A DNA stretch of 64,000 bases from Nitrosopumilus sp. (GCA_965218785.1 OZ244650.1:800001-864000); one strand, 5' to 3'; positions 10,081 through 19,290 are shown, numbered from the stretch's first letter. Notes: generated from the letters alone by a model not told the origin. Made by a program: numbers and translations.

Positions 10081-11073
10081 TTGAACGACACTAATAAATC
10101 AAAAGATGCAGAAGACATTTTATCAGAGTTTGATTCTAGAACCAAGCTTGCATCAGAGCCAGAATCCGATCCGGAACCCGAATCTGAGATAGAGCCAGAA
10201 TCCGATCCAGAGCCAGAATCCGATCCAGAACCAGAATCTGAGACAGAGCCAGAATCTCGGCCAGAAGCAACATCCGAACCAAAAGCAGTATTTCATTCAG
10301 AACCAGAAACTGCACAAGCCTCCGAATCAGAACCTGATACTGCACAAGCTTCCGAATCAGAACCAGAGACTGCACTTGCATCAGAACCAAAGGCAACATT
10401 TCAATCAGAACCAGAAACCGCACAAGCCTCCGAATCAGAACCAGAAACCGCACAAGCATCAGAACCAGAAACCGCACAAGCCTCCGAATCAGAACCAGAA
10501 ACCGCACAAGCATCAGAACCAGAAACTGCACAAGCTTCCGAATCAGAACCAGAAACCGCACAAGCTTCCGAATCAGAACCAGAAACCGCACAAGCTTCCG
10601 AATCAGGACTAGAAACTGCACTTGAATCAGAACCAAACACAACATTTCAATCAGAACCAGAAACTGCACAAGCCTCCGAATCAAAACCAGAAACCACACT
10701 TGAAACCGATTCCAAAACCGCACAAACATCCGAATCAGAACCGGAAACCACCATTGAATCTAAACCCCTTGACGAATCTGCCGACTCCACCAAACCTGTA
10801 GAAGACCGTAATGTAATCTTCATTGGTACAAAACCAATAATGGCTTACGTATCGGCAACTTTGACTCAACTCTCAACACGAAAAACTGTGACCATTCAGG
10901 CCAGGGGAAGAAAAATCACGCAGGCAGTTGATGTATCACAAATGATTGTTAAAAGAATGGATTTTGTAGGCTATGTAATCAGTGATGTAAGAATTTCATC
11001 TGCTTCCCTTACCTCTCAAGATGGAAAACAACGTAATGTATCTGTAATAAAAATTGACATTTCAAAAAATTAG
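10081..11073 (+). CDS. Alba DNA/RNA-binding protein with long acidic repeat N-terminal extension
   Basis: C-terminal VIFIGTKPIMAYV...ARGRKITQAVDV...RNVSVIKI is an Alba domain; N-terminus is (EPETAQASES)n. Confidence 0.85.
   Translation: MNDTNKSKDAEDILSEFDSRTKLASEPESDPEPESEIEPESDPEPESDPEPESETEPESRPEATSEPKAVFHSEPETAQASESEPDTAQASESEPETALASEPKATFQSEPETAQASESEPETAQASEPETAQASESEPETAQASEPETAQASESEPETAQASESEPETAQASESGLETALESEPNTTFQSEPETAQASESKPETTLETDSKTAQTSESEPETTIESKPLDESADSTKPVEDRNVIFIGTKPIMAYVSATLTQLSTRKTVTIQARGRKITQAVDVSQMIVKRMDFVGYVISDVRISSASLTSQDGKQRNVSVIKIDISKN
10150..10760 (+). repeat. coding tandem repeats of 24/30 bp (tcagaaccagaaaccgcacaagc[ctccgaa]) and 18 bp
   Basis: Directly visible. 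Confidence 0.9.
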
Positions 11074-11293
11074 TTTAAGAAATTTAATATTTGCCGTAAC
11101 TGGAATTTTGATTGTTGGCATTCTCATTAGTTATTCTGATGAATCTTGCGGCATACAGCACATGATGATTTTAAATAAAATCAATTCATATGAAAAATCC
11201 CTTGATCCGGAGGCATGTGAGACCATAGTTGAGAAAATAGATCTGTTTAATCCTTCATGTGAGCCACAAATGGAAATTTTAGACTGCGGTTAG
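11054..11293 (+). CDS. small membrane-anchored hypothetical protein
   Basis: N-terminal TM, four Cys, ends EILDCG. Confidence 0.65.
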   Translation: MTFQKISLRNLIFAVTGILIVGILISYSDESCGIQHMMILNKINSYEKSLDPEACETIVEKIDLFNPSCEPQMEILDCG

Positions 11294-11910
11294 AGTGATA
11301 TCTCACTCAAAAACGTAATTCCAAAATAGATCAACATCACACTCAGACCTATCATGGCTATCTTGTAATTCTTGTTAGAAAGAATTTTTGAACTTTTATC
11401 TGCAAGAAACGCCACTGCCCCCAGCCATGCAAAGTCCATCCAAATATGCAGCACAAATACGACTAGCACTCCTGCAAACGCCCACATCAACATCGCATCT
11501 GAAATTAACTTTAATCCGATCGTCAGCCACCAGATAATGAAAAACGGGTTTAATCCGGTAAATACAATTCCTGTAATCACCGCCTCTTGTTTTGGATTAG
11601 ATGGCACAAGTTCTTTTTTTCCAAGTATTCCTCTGATTTGCAATCCTGCAAATACAAAAAGCGTGATTGCACCAAAAACCGAGATTACCGTCCGGAATTC
11701 TGGAAATGCCTCTAAGGAAAACGACCCGATTCCCAGCAAAACTACCAGCGGCAACTCTACAATTGTATGACCCACTGCCATCTTGTATCCTGCCTTTGCC
11801 CCCTCCCGTAGCCCATATGATACATTTGCCGCAAAAAGTGGTCCGGGCGCCATAACTCCGGATGCTGAAACAACTATGACCAGTACTGCAAATTCAATTA
11901 TCTGAACCAT
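11290..11910 (-). CDS. LysE family transporter
   Basis: SGVMAPGP...G..MAVGH and LNPFFIIWW. Confidence 0.88.
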   Translation of the reverse strand: MVQIIEFAVLVIVVSASGVMAPGPLFAANVSYGLREGAKAGYKMAVGHTIVELPLVVLLGIGSFSLEAFPEFRTVISVFGAITLFVFAGLQIRGILGKKELVPSNPKQEAVITGIVFTGLNPFFIIWWLTIGLKLISDAMLMWAFAGVLVVFVLHIWMDFAWLGAVAFLADKSSKILSNKNYKIAMIGLSVMLIYFGITFLSEISL

Positions 11911-11956
11911 GTCTATTTGTTGTTTTCAATCATAAAATAAAGATGATTGGAAAATC

Positions 11957-12670
11957 CTATCTATACATAGAGTCTTTGAGGTGTTTTGATTCCTCTTCTG
12001 TCTCCTTTATTCTCACTTCAGCTTTCTCTGCTTCTTTTTGCAGTGAGGGAATATCGCATGACACTCCTGGAATCAATTTAGACATTGCAAGACAAAGCTG
12101 CGTACTTGACTTGAAATCAGGACCCTTCCCATTGGTGTGGAATATTATCACAATTACATCCTGACCTGTCAAACTTCCCTCATTTAGTAATAATCCCGGA
12201 ATTCCCGGAACCGTCCCATGTTCCAAAATTTTCAAATTGGCTTTTTTGATTTTATCCCTTGCAGAATCCGTGCTTCCAATGCAGATAATTTCCTCAACGC
12301 CCTCTGTTGTCTTGACTGCAACACTGCTAATAATTAATTCAATCTTGTGTCTCTTTGCCCATTTTAGCATGGTCTTAGCTACGGTTCGATGGAATGCCTG
12401 ATCAAGTGTGAGATATGACAGGAATATCCCGACCTTTAGATTCTCGTTGGTGAAAATCCTGGTCGGATAGTTGGGCTTGCCGTTTTTAATTACGCTAATT
12501 GGCGGAAAACTATCCGAATCAATAATCCCGCTTACCTCAAACTGCGATGTGTGTACCATCGATTCAGTTGCAATCGCACTGCTGAATCCTACCGAGGGAA
12601 ACCCGTCAATAAGATACCCGCCTTCTAAATTCAGCGGTTTTAGTTCTTTTACTCTGATTCTGGGAAGCAA
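11957..12670 (-). CDS. PAC2 family proteasome assembly chaperone
   Basis: LIDGFPSVGFSSAIA, FPPIS, GIPGLLL, PDFKS. Confidence 0.85.
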   Translation of the reverse strand: MLPRIRVKELKPLNLEGGYLIDGFPSVGFSSAIATESMVHTSQFEVSGIIDSDSFPPISVIKNGKPNYPTRIFTNENLKVGIFLSYLTLDQAFHRTVAKTMLKWAKRHKIELIISSVAVKTTEGVEEIICIGSTDSARDKIKKANLKILEHGTVPGIPGLLLNEGSLTGQDVIVIIFHTNGKGPDFKSSTQLCLAMSKLIPGVSCDIPSLQKEAEKAEVRIKETEEESKHLKDSMYR

Positions 12671-12851
12671 TGATTGGTTTTTACATCCATAGAATAATAG
12701 TTTTTACCTAATTTTTTTAATTTTGTAGGATCCGAAAAGTGATTTGCCCCTAGATACGCATGATATCTCTTCTCTCCTGTCCTCTTAGTTTTCCCCTCAT
12801 TTACCCACGAGGAGCAAACCACTTTTTGGACAGAATAAAATTCTTGATTCC

Positions 12852-12902
12852 GGTTCTGTCGGGTTATCGTGATATAGACATGAAATATGGATTTTCTCCA
12901 GA
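12852..12902 (-). repeat. dispersed ~50-bp element A, copy 1 (inverted relative to copy 2)
   Basis: Reverse complement TCTGGAGAAAATCCATATTTCATGTCTATATCACGATAACCCGACAGAACC. Confidence 0.85.
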
Positions 12903-12934
12903 TCAGTTATTGTAAAGTTATTGGGAGCTAGAAA

Positions 12935-13019
12935 TGGGCTTGGTGTGTTTTGAACCCACGTAATCCTAAGATAGCTATCTGACAAACAGCCGTGTTTAAC
13001 CTAGCTTTACTACAAGCCC
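12935..13019 (-). tRNA. tRNA-like sequence: class II (Leu-like) body with GTC anticodon; possibly a pseudo-tRNA
   Basis: Acceptor GGGCTTG/CAAGCCC plus A73; D loop AGCTAGGTTAA; anticodon stem GCTGT/ATAGC around loop TTGTCAG; long variable region; T arm GTGGG-TTCAAAA-CACAC with one mismatch; 85 nt. Confidence 0.6.
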
Positions 13020-13170
13020 ATTAAATGTTAAAATACTACAAGTTAGTAATAATATTATCTGACAAACAGTATCCATAGGAATATGGCGGTGGAATGATCC
13101 AAATTAATTAATTAATTTGGAACTCCACTTTTTTCTATTCTATTCAAACTAGCATTTTGGATCAAAGTAA

Positions 13171-13290
13171 TCCATTTATTCTTACCATCAAGGAGACCAC
13201 ATCATACCTTGGCACAGGGGTGGGAGAACAATCGAAGATAACTGCCAGATAATTTGTAAGGACTGTAATAGTAAAAAAGCAGGTAAATAA
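13171..13290 (+). pseudogene. HNH endonuclease C-terminal fragment
   Basis: [29 protein letters not shown]; in-frame stop upstream, no start. Confidence 0.75.
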
Positions 13291-13300
13291 GAAATTTCAA

Positions 13301-13351
13301 TCTGGAGAAGATCGTTATTTCATGTCTATATCACGATAACCCGACAGAACC
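13301..13351 (+). repeat. dispersed ~50-bp element A, copy 2
   Basis: TCTGGAGAAGATCGTTATTTCATGTCTATATCACGATAACCCGACAGAACC. Confidence 0.85.
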
Positions 13352-13385
13352 TTGATTCCTAACTCTTTTTTAGTGGTGCAAATAC

Positions 13386-13529
13386 ATGAGACACATATCC
13401 GATGCAAGACAGGCAGATGATCTCACTCCTGAGGAGATCAAGGATATTGATGAGTTTTATGCAGATGACAAAGGCAGGAAAACAGTGTCTTTTGATGAAT
13501 TCATGAAAGAGCTAAAAGAAGAATCTTGA
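13386..13529 (+). CDS. small acidic antitoxin-like protein (47 aa)
   Basis: MRHISDARQADDLTPEEIKDIDEFYADDKGRKTVSFDEFMKELKEES; TTGA overlap with a RelE-like ORF. Confidence 0.6.
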   Translation: MRHISDARQADDLTPEEIKDIDEFYADDKGRKTVSFDEFMKELKEES

Positions 13530-13693
13530 GTGACATCTGGAATGCTGCAAGAAAGACAAAATTTCTCAAGCAATACAAAAACCTTGTTCTCAAATTCAGG
13601 AAAGTAAACCATTCAATACGGGAATTACAATCTCGGAGAATCCCACACTCTGGAAAATATAAACAGGACAAACTATTTTTGGGAATAAGCTAG
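13526..13693 (+). pseudogene. degenerate RelE/ParE-like toxin
   Basis: MSDIWNAARKTKFLKQYKNL... resembles a RelE N-terminus (F.K.YK.L); only 55 aa. Confidence 0.45.
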
Positions 13694-14631
13694 TCTTTTA
13701 ATTTTGAAACAAGCGCGGCATAAATGAACGGCAGGATCGTCGTTACCTCGGCATGAAGTGTTGCCTGTTTTGCTTTTCGTGTCACCTTTCCCCAAGAGAT
13801 CGCCTCCCTGACTAGCGCACCGCTAAGGCTGCCGTCAAACTCCTGTGCCGTCGTAATGTAAAACGCATAGTCCAGCCCCTCCCTATACTGGTTCCACCAC
13901 AACGTATGGTGCTTGGAAATGCCCCCTCCAATCATAAATGCTCCTGATTTTTCAGCCTTGAAGATTAATCCAGAAAGTAAGTTTGCATCCCCTGTCATGT
14001 CTAATCTGAAATCATTGTGTTTTTGTGTAAAAAGCCAAATCTGGCTTCCTACTGCGCCATCCATTATTCCTGGAACTATTACACTGACGTCATTTTTGTT
14101 TGCCCAATAAAGAAACGAGTCCGGACCCAGGTGCCTGCCGATCATCTTGCATATTTCTGCAGTAGTCATCTCCCTTTTCCCGTTTTGATACTCTTCTTCT
14201 AAAAATGCCTGCATCTTTTCTTCAATGAGCGGTCCGTAGCTATCCATGGGCACAAGTATGTTGCCCAGTCTGTGGATGTTTTGATCAGCTAGCGCCATGT
14301 CATCCATTGCAAACGAGCCTTCCTTGTAATGTGAGAAATGCCTTGCAATATCGTGATCCAGCGCGCCACAGGTTGTTATGGCAACATCAAACCAGTTGTT
14401 TTTGATCATGTTTTTGATGATTCCCCGCTGCCCTGTTGAAACAACGGCGCCCACAAATGAGACAAATCTGAGACACTGCTTATCTGAGATCATATCAGTT
14501 AGAATCTCCAATCCGTCTGAGAGATTCACAGACTCGAATCCCCCTGACTGGGATAACTCTTCAAAGATTTTCTCTATTGATGAATTTGAATCAATTTCAA
14601 TATCCTTTACAGGTCTGCCTGGGTTTATCAT
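13690..14631 (-). CDS. dys: deoxyhypusine synthase
   Basis: ITTCGALDHD, HRLGNILVP, IGGGISKHH, DGSLSGA...EAISWGK. Confidence 0.93.
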   Translation of the reverse strand: MINPGRPVKDIEIDSNSSIEKIFEELSQSGGFESVNLSDGLEILTDMISDKQCLRFVSFVGAVVSTGQRGIIKNMIKNNWFDVAITTCGALDHDIARHFSHYKEGSFAMDDMALADQNIHRLGNILVPMDSYGPLIEEKMQAFLEEEYQNGKREMTTAEICKMIGRHLGPDSFLYWANKNDVSVIVPGIMDGAVGSQIWLFTQKHNDFRLDMTGDANLLSGLIFKAEKSGAFMIGGGISKHHTLWWNQYREGLDYAFYITTAQEFDGSLSGALVREAISWGKVTRKAKQATLHAEVTTILPFIYAALVSKLKD

Positions 14632-15010
14632 GATCTGATTCGATGATACTGATATAAAATCGTGCCTTACTGTATACTGACAAACTGTGATGAATTTAAT
14701 ATTTTCAGACAGATGCAATTAGGTAATGCAGATGTATGGAGATGTCCTGGAATTGGCAATCAGATCATTATTTGCATCAGGTATTGTGGGCAGAGAGGAG
14801 AAAACCAATGTATTACAAGAAGGATGTCTGTGTTGGGATCTTTCTAAGATTCCACATTACCATAATGGGGTTCTGTAAAGTTATAGAGGCCGACTAGTCA
14901 TAATGTCTGGAATTAATAAAATGTGTAACCACTTTTCAATACATGAAAAGCAGTACACAAACCTGGGCTGTCAACTATGATTTTTGAGATGTAAGTATAA
15001 TAAAAAGTTA

Positions 15011-15052
15011 TGAATGGCTGGGAGTCGAACCCAGTTCCCCTGAGTTGACAGG
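15011..15052 (-). other. 3' half tRNA-like fragment (GTC anticodon loop plus perfect T arm)
   Basis: Reverse complement CCTGTCAACTCAGGGGAACTGGGTTCGACTCCCAGCCATTCA; T stem CTGGG/CCCAG; no matching 5' half. Confidence 0.5.
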
Positions 15053-15970
15053 GTGACGGATTCTAATAGGAATACGGATTCAGAAAAAACAGAGACCATT
15101 CCAATTTACATTTGGTCAAGCAGGGATTTGGATAAAAAAAAATTGATTGCAACTGAGACAGAAACAGACACTGGAATTTTTGAGGCATCTGTATCTTTTG
15201 GAATGACTGATGATATAACTAGTCAGCAAATACAGGCATTTGAGGGGGACACACTATACACTCAATATTATAATTTTGTATCACCCACGCCATTCTCAAC
15301 ATCCCGTGAGTACAACACAGACATGGATACGACAATTATGGGATGGGCACATCCGGACTCTGTGTGGGGTGATAACTGGGCAAACATCGTGGTGCAAAAC
15401 AATGTCAAATTCATTTATGATCCCTGCATGGTTGAATTCATGGACAAAATAGGTGAGAATGATCCCGGATTTGACCTGCTTGACATACAGTACCCCACAC
15501 CACTAAAACAAATGAAATCTGGATTATACCCATTTGAGATAAAATGCAAGGATCATTTATTGCTGATCTTCAGGCATTCGGATAGTTCCCCCGTATGTGC
15601 AAGTCCGGAACATGCCATAAAATTAACTTCAAAAGCAGGCTGGACGAATAATTTTAATCCGCTTGTCCATCCGATGGCTGATTCACCGACTCTTGAATAT
15701 AGAGAAAAGTTTTGCGAGTCACACAATGGAACCTGGTCTGAGCAGTTCAATAACTGTGTTGGTGGACTCTTGAATGTGCCATGCGATAACATTGATAGAT
15801 CCGAATTGAGCCCTCCGGATATTTTCATAGGGGTATATGGAGAAACAACCTGTTCATCACATGAATTATTTTGCAGGTCCATGGGCGGGCATTCTGAATG
15901 CATGTCTTATGAACAATTAGGACACGGACGTGATGTTTGTAGTTCCATCTGTGAGTTTGATGATAAATAA
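15053..15970 (+). CDS. probably 5'-truncated extracellular protein with thaumarchaeal PLKQ...C...SPVC...KL..GW module and Cys-rich tail
   Basis: ETETDTGIFEASVSF (S-layer-like repeat); PLKQMKSG...CKDHLLLIFR..SSPVCA; no signal peptide at the GTG start. Confidence 0.6.
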   Translation: MTDSNRNTDSEKTETIPIYIWSSRDLDKKKLIATETETDTGIFEASVSFGMTDDITSQQIQAFEGDTLYTQYYNFVSPTPFSTSREYNTDMDTTIMGWAHPDSVWGDNWANIVVQNNVKFIYDPCMVEFMDKIGENDPGFDLLDIQYPTPLKQMKSGLYPFEIKCKDHLLLIFRHSDSSPVCASPEHAIKLTSKAGWTNNFNPLVHPMADSPTLEYREKFCESHNGTWSEQFNNCVGGLLNVPCDNIDRSELSPPDIFIGVYGETTCSSHELFCRSMGGHSECMSYEQLGHGRDVCSSICEFDDK

Positions 15971-16058
15971 CAGTTCAAATCCCAGGTGTTGAAAGATACC
16001 TGAATGGAATCTGACTGACCTCATGAATTTTTGATAATCGCCACATCTGATGAATCTA

Positions 16059-16105
16059 GGTTATAGTGGATTCTAGTGATCTGATCACCAAAATGCACCA
16101 GAGCC
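16059..16105. repeat. 47-nt imperfect palindrome (hairpin B), copy 1
   Basis: GGTTATAGTGGATTCTAGTGATCTGATCACCAAAATGCACCAGAGCC. Confidence 0.85.
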
Positions 16106-16295
16106 CAGCAAAGCGTGATTTCACACCAGATCCACCCAAAAATAGATCAAACTATAAAAATAATCAAATTCAGGGTAATTTCTATATACTAATTATGACT
16201 ACTTTACTCATGGATAGATTCACTTTAATTAATTATGATATGCGGTTAATTGATTTTTATACTTTGAATTTTATCAGTAGGAGTGAAGTCAAAGC

Positions 16296-16553
16296 ATGAG
16301 TAATTCAACAAGTACTGTCAAATCTAGTTTCCTTAATCCCAAAGAACGTAAAGCATTAAAAGAATACCAGGAGTATAAAGAACTCAGAATAATTGTTACA
16401 AGACCAGTTAGGGCATTTAATGATACTGAAGCAATACTGAAAGATTTACAAGGTGAGGGACTCTCATCATTACAGAAAGAAATTGAGCGATCAAAAAAAT
16501 CTCAAACAAAAACCATTACCAGACCAAAACTCAAAAGATCGCATGTTAGATGA
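16296..16553 (+). CDS. hypothetical protein upstream of Clp-fold protease
   Basis: 85-aa ORF with SD-like AGGAGTGA; overlaps the next gene. Confidence 0.55.
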   Translation: MSNSTSTVKSSFLNPKERKALKEYQEYKELRIIVTRPVRAFNDTEAILKDLQGEGLSSLQKEIERSKKSQTKTITRPKLKRSHVR

Positions 16554-17355
16554 AACTGGAAAGATCATCAAACAAATAGAAGAGATACGCAAATCAAAAC
16601 TTCTAGTTGTTATATGTCATCAGTCAATCAGTTTACAAGCAAGCTTATCAATAAATAAAATCTTGCGTAAAATCGAACATTTGGATCATTTGGATATCCT
16701 TTTGGAATCTGGAGGAGGTGATATTGATGCAGCATATAAAATTCTTAACTTATTCAAAAGTTATGCAAGTAAAATATCTGTAATAGTTCCTTTTTATGCT
16801 AAAAGTGCTGCAACGTTAATTGCCCTTGGTGCTGATGAATTAATTGTTTGTAAGGCTGGGGAATTAGGTCCTCTTGATCCTCAAGTTAGAGATCCGCAAA
16901 CTAATTCATTTGTACCTGCACATTCCATTAAGGAAGCAATGAGTTTCATAGAAGAGATTCATGATCCTGTGATGAAACTAAGTCTAACTGACAAGATTCC
17001 TGCATTATTGATTGGTGCATATAGGGCATCAGGAAAATCATGCAAGCAATATCTTGATGCAATATTCACAGAAAAAAAGATAAAAGATAAAGATAAAATG
17101 ATAAAAATATTTACAGAGAAATTTTTGTCTCATGGTTATCCAATGCACAGAGACTTTTTAGCAAAATATCCCATTAATTTGATTAAACATGATGATGTAT
17201 TGGAAGATAAATTCTCTGAATTACATGAAAAATACAGTGATTATTATAAACAATTATACCGTGATAATTCAGAGTTAGCAGGAGATTTACTACTTTTACA
17301 ATCAAATGAGCATTCTCTAGTCATGTTAGATGATGAAGAAATTGATAACACATAA
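16543..17355 (+). CDS. SDH-family Clp-fold serine protease
   Basis: LESGGGDIDAA, VPFYAKSAATLIALGADE, LGPLDPQ, SHGYP. Confidence 0.85.
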   Translation: MLDETGKIIKQIEEIRKSKLLVVICHQSISLQASLSINKILRKIEHLDHLDILLESGGGDIDAAYKILNLFKSYASKISVIVPFYAKSAATLIALGADELIVCKAGELGPLDPQVRDPQTNSFVPAHSIKEAMSFIEEIHDPVMKLSLTDKIPALLIGAYRASGKSCKQYLDAIFTEKKIKDKDKMIKIFTEKFLSHGYPMHRDFLAKYPINLIKHDDVLEDKFSELHEKYSDYYKQLYRDNSELAGDLLLLQSNEHSLVMLDDEEIDNT

Positions 17356-17512
17356 ACCACCAATCTTTTGTCTCCACATCTTACAACAGAAAACTCAAGG
17401 TATAGGTGATTGTTGCATATATGGATTCCTACGATAGGTAAACTATCTTAATTTGTAAATTGCAAATGTCAATTCAAAAATACATACTACAGTGAAAGTC
17501 CGTGGACAGTGA

Positions 17513-17559
17513 GGTTCTGGTAGATTCTAGTGATCTGATCACCCAAATGCACCAGAGCC
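17513..17559. repeat. hairpin B, copy 2
   Basis: GGTTCTGGTAGATTCTAGTGATCTGATCACCCAAATGCACCAGAGCC. Confidence 0.88.
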
Positions 17560-17624
17560 TACAACACCCATGTCTGGATCTGAGATCATCCCTCAACTTG
17601 TACCAGAATTTTGTGCATAAAATA

Positions 17625-17660
17625 TCAAATTTTAAATATCCATTATGATAAACATGTCAT
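17625..17660 (+). promoter_or_regulatory. TATA-box promoter for a leaderless antitoxin-like ORF (repeated at about 18685 and 19101)
   Basis: TTTAAATA 23-30 nt before the ATG, conserved in all three units. Confidence 0.55.
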
Positions 17661-17804
17661 ATGGCAGTAAGAGAAGTTGCACCACTTAGTCAAAGACAAT
17701 GGGATAAATTACAGGAACTTATGGCAAGAGGATCTACTAAGAAACAATTGAAAACAATTGCAGACGCTAAAGAACGTATTAAAAATATCAAAGTAGAATT
17801 TTAG
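17661..17804 (+). CDS. antitoxin-like micro-protein A1 (47 aa)
   Basis: MAVREVAPLSQRQWDKLQELMARGSTKKQLKTIADAKERIKNIKVEF; directly upstream of the GNAT gene; two paralogs nearby. Confidence 0.7.
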   Translation: MAVREVAPLSQRQWDKLQELMARGSTKKQLKTIADAKERIKNIKVEF

Positions 17805-17815
17805 GTTTTTAAAAA

Positions 17816-18379
17816 TTGTCCGAACAAATTGATTTCAATGATCCAAACTTGATTAGATTTCAAAGAGTAAAATCACCTGCCGATTTAGATGGATTTAACT
17901 CTGATGTTGTTGAGTTTAATGAATACATTGGTCCGGAGATTGCTTTTGATCTAGAACACAGCATTACACGGGCTTACTTGATTAGAGTTGAAGAGGACGT
18001 TGTAGGATATATTGATTTATCCATGGCTCATCTTAAAAATAATGCAACTCCTGCCATAGCAGATAAACAAATTAAAAGCAATGTTCCGGCAATATTGATT
18101 AGTCATTTGGCTGTAGATGTCGTATTTCAAGGACACGGTGTTGGGAGATTCCTTTTAAAATTGATTATTGATAAATTGATTCCGAAATTAAAAAAAATGG
18201 CAGGATGCAGATATGTAATATTGAATCCAAGAGATGATCAAGGTGTCCGAGATTTTTATATAAATTGTAAATTTGAGTATGTTAAAAAACTCAAAGATGA
18301 CAGAAAACCTGATAATGAATTGGATTTTTGTTTGTTTGATTTGATAGGTATTAAAGAGGAAGATGAGGAATACACCTAG
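17816..18379 (+). CDS. GNAT N-acetyltransferase, TacT/AtaT-like toxin type
   Basis: VPAILISHLAVDVVFQGHGVGRFLL, GCRYVIL, DFY motifs. Confidence 0.8.
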   Translation: MSEQIDFNDPNLIRFQRVKSPADLDGFNSDVVEFNEYIGPEIAFDLEHSITRAYLIRVEEDVVGYIDLSMAHLKNNATPAIADKQIKSNVPAILISHLAVDVVFQGHGVGRFLLKLIIDKLIPKLKKMAGCRYVILNPRDDQGVRDFYINCKFEYVKKLKDDRKPDNELDFCLFDLIGIKEEDEEYT

Positions 18380-18528
18380 AAAAATCCGTGAACTAAAAAC
18401 CATCAAAAAACTAGAGAGGTTAATGGCTTTACCCAAGACCCCTGAATAATAAAATCAAAATATCCTGAAAATAAATCACAAACTGTTTTGCCACACATTA
18501 CAAGAAATTTTTCACGACAACACAACGA

Positions 18529-18617
18529 CTGATGCAAAACAGTGATCTGAGCACCAAAATGCAAAGTCCATGGTTTGGTGGATTCTAGTGATCTGATCAC
18601 CAAAATGCACCAGAGCC
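18529..18617. repeat. hairpin B partial variant (18529-18563) plus copy 3 (18572-18617)
   Basis: Two adjacent matches to AGTGATCTGA(T/G)CACCAAAATGCA. Confidence 0.85.
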
Positions 18618-18718
18618 TACAACACCATGTCTGGATCTGAGATCATCCCTTCACTTATGCCTGATTTTTATACATAAAATGCCAAAATTTTAAATATCCA
18701 TTATGATAAACATGTCGC

Positions 18719-18862
18719 ATGGCAGTAAGAGAAGTTGCACCATTTGATGAAAAACAATGGAAACAATTACAGAAAAGTATGGCAAGAGGACCTACTAAGA
18801 AACAGTTGGAAATGATTGCAGACGCTAAAGAAAGTACCAAAAACATCAAAGTAGAATTTTAG
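18719..18862 (+). CDS. antitoxin-like micro-protein A2 (47 aa)
   Basis: MAVREVAPFDEKQWKQLQKSMARGPTKKQLEMIADAKESTKNIKVEF. Confidence 0.7.
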   Translation: MAVREVAPFDEKQWKQLQKSMARGPTKKQLEMIADAKESTKNIKVEF

Positions 18863-18873
18863 GTTTTTAAAAA

Positions 18874-18990
18874 TTGTCCGAACAAATTGATTTCAATGAT
18901 CCAAACTTGATTAGATTTCAAAGAGTAAAATCACCTGCCGATTTAGATGGATTTAACTCTGATGTTGATGAGTTTAATGAATACATTGGT
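18874..18990 (+). pseudogene. 5' stub of GNAT gene cut at hairpin B
   Basis: Near-identical to 17816-17932, then switches into GGTTCTGGTGGATTC. Confidence 0.85.
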
Positions 18991-19034
18991 TCTGGTGGAT
19001 TCTAGTGATCTGAGCACCAAAATGCACCAGAGCC
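18988..19034. repeat. hairpin B, copy 4
   Basis: GGTTCTGGTGGATTCTAGTGATCTGAGCACCAAAATGCACCAGAGCC. Confidence 0.88.
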
Positions 19035-19135
19035 TACAACACCATGTCTGGATCTGAGATCATCCCTCAACTTATGCCATATTTTTATACATAAAATGCC
19101 AAAATTTTAAATATTCATTATGATAAACATGTTGC

Positions 19136-19279
19136 ATGGCAGTAAGAGAAGTTGCACCATTTGATGAAAAACAATGGAAACAACTTGAGGAAATGATGTT
19201 CAGAGGATCTACTAAAAAACAATTGAAAGCAATTGCAGACGCTAAAGAACGTATTAAAAACATCAAAGTAGAATTTTAG
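19136..19279 (+). CDS. antitoxin-like micro-protein A3 (47 aa)
   Basis: MAVREVAPFDEKQWKQLEEMMFRGSTKKQLKAIADAKERIKNIKVEF. Confidence 0.7.
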   Translation: MAVREVAPFDEKQWKQLEEMMFRGSTKKQLKAIADAKERIKNIKVEF

Positions 19280-19290
19280 GTTTTTAAAAA

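Noticed and set aside
10136-10729. Antisense and alternate-frame ORFs over the Alba repeats
   Set aside because: Products of tandem repeats lacking stop codons
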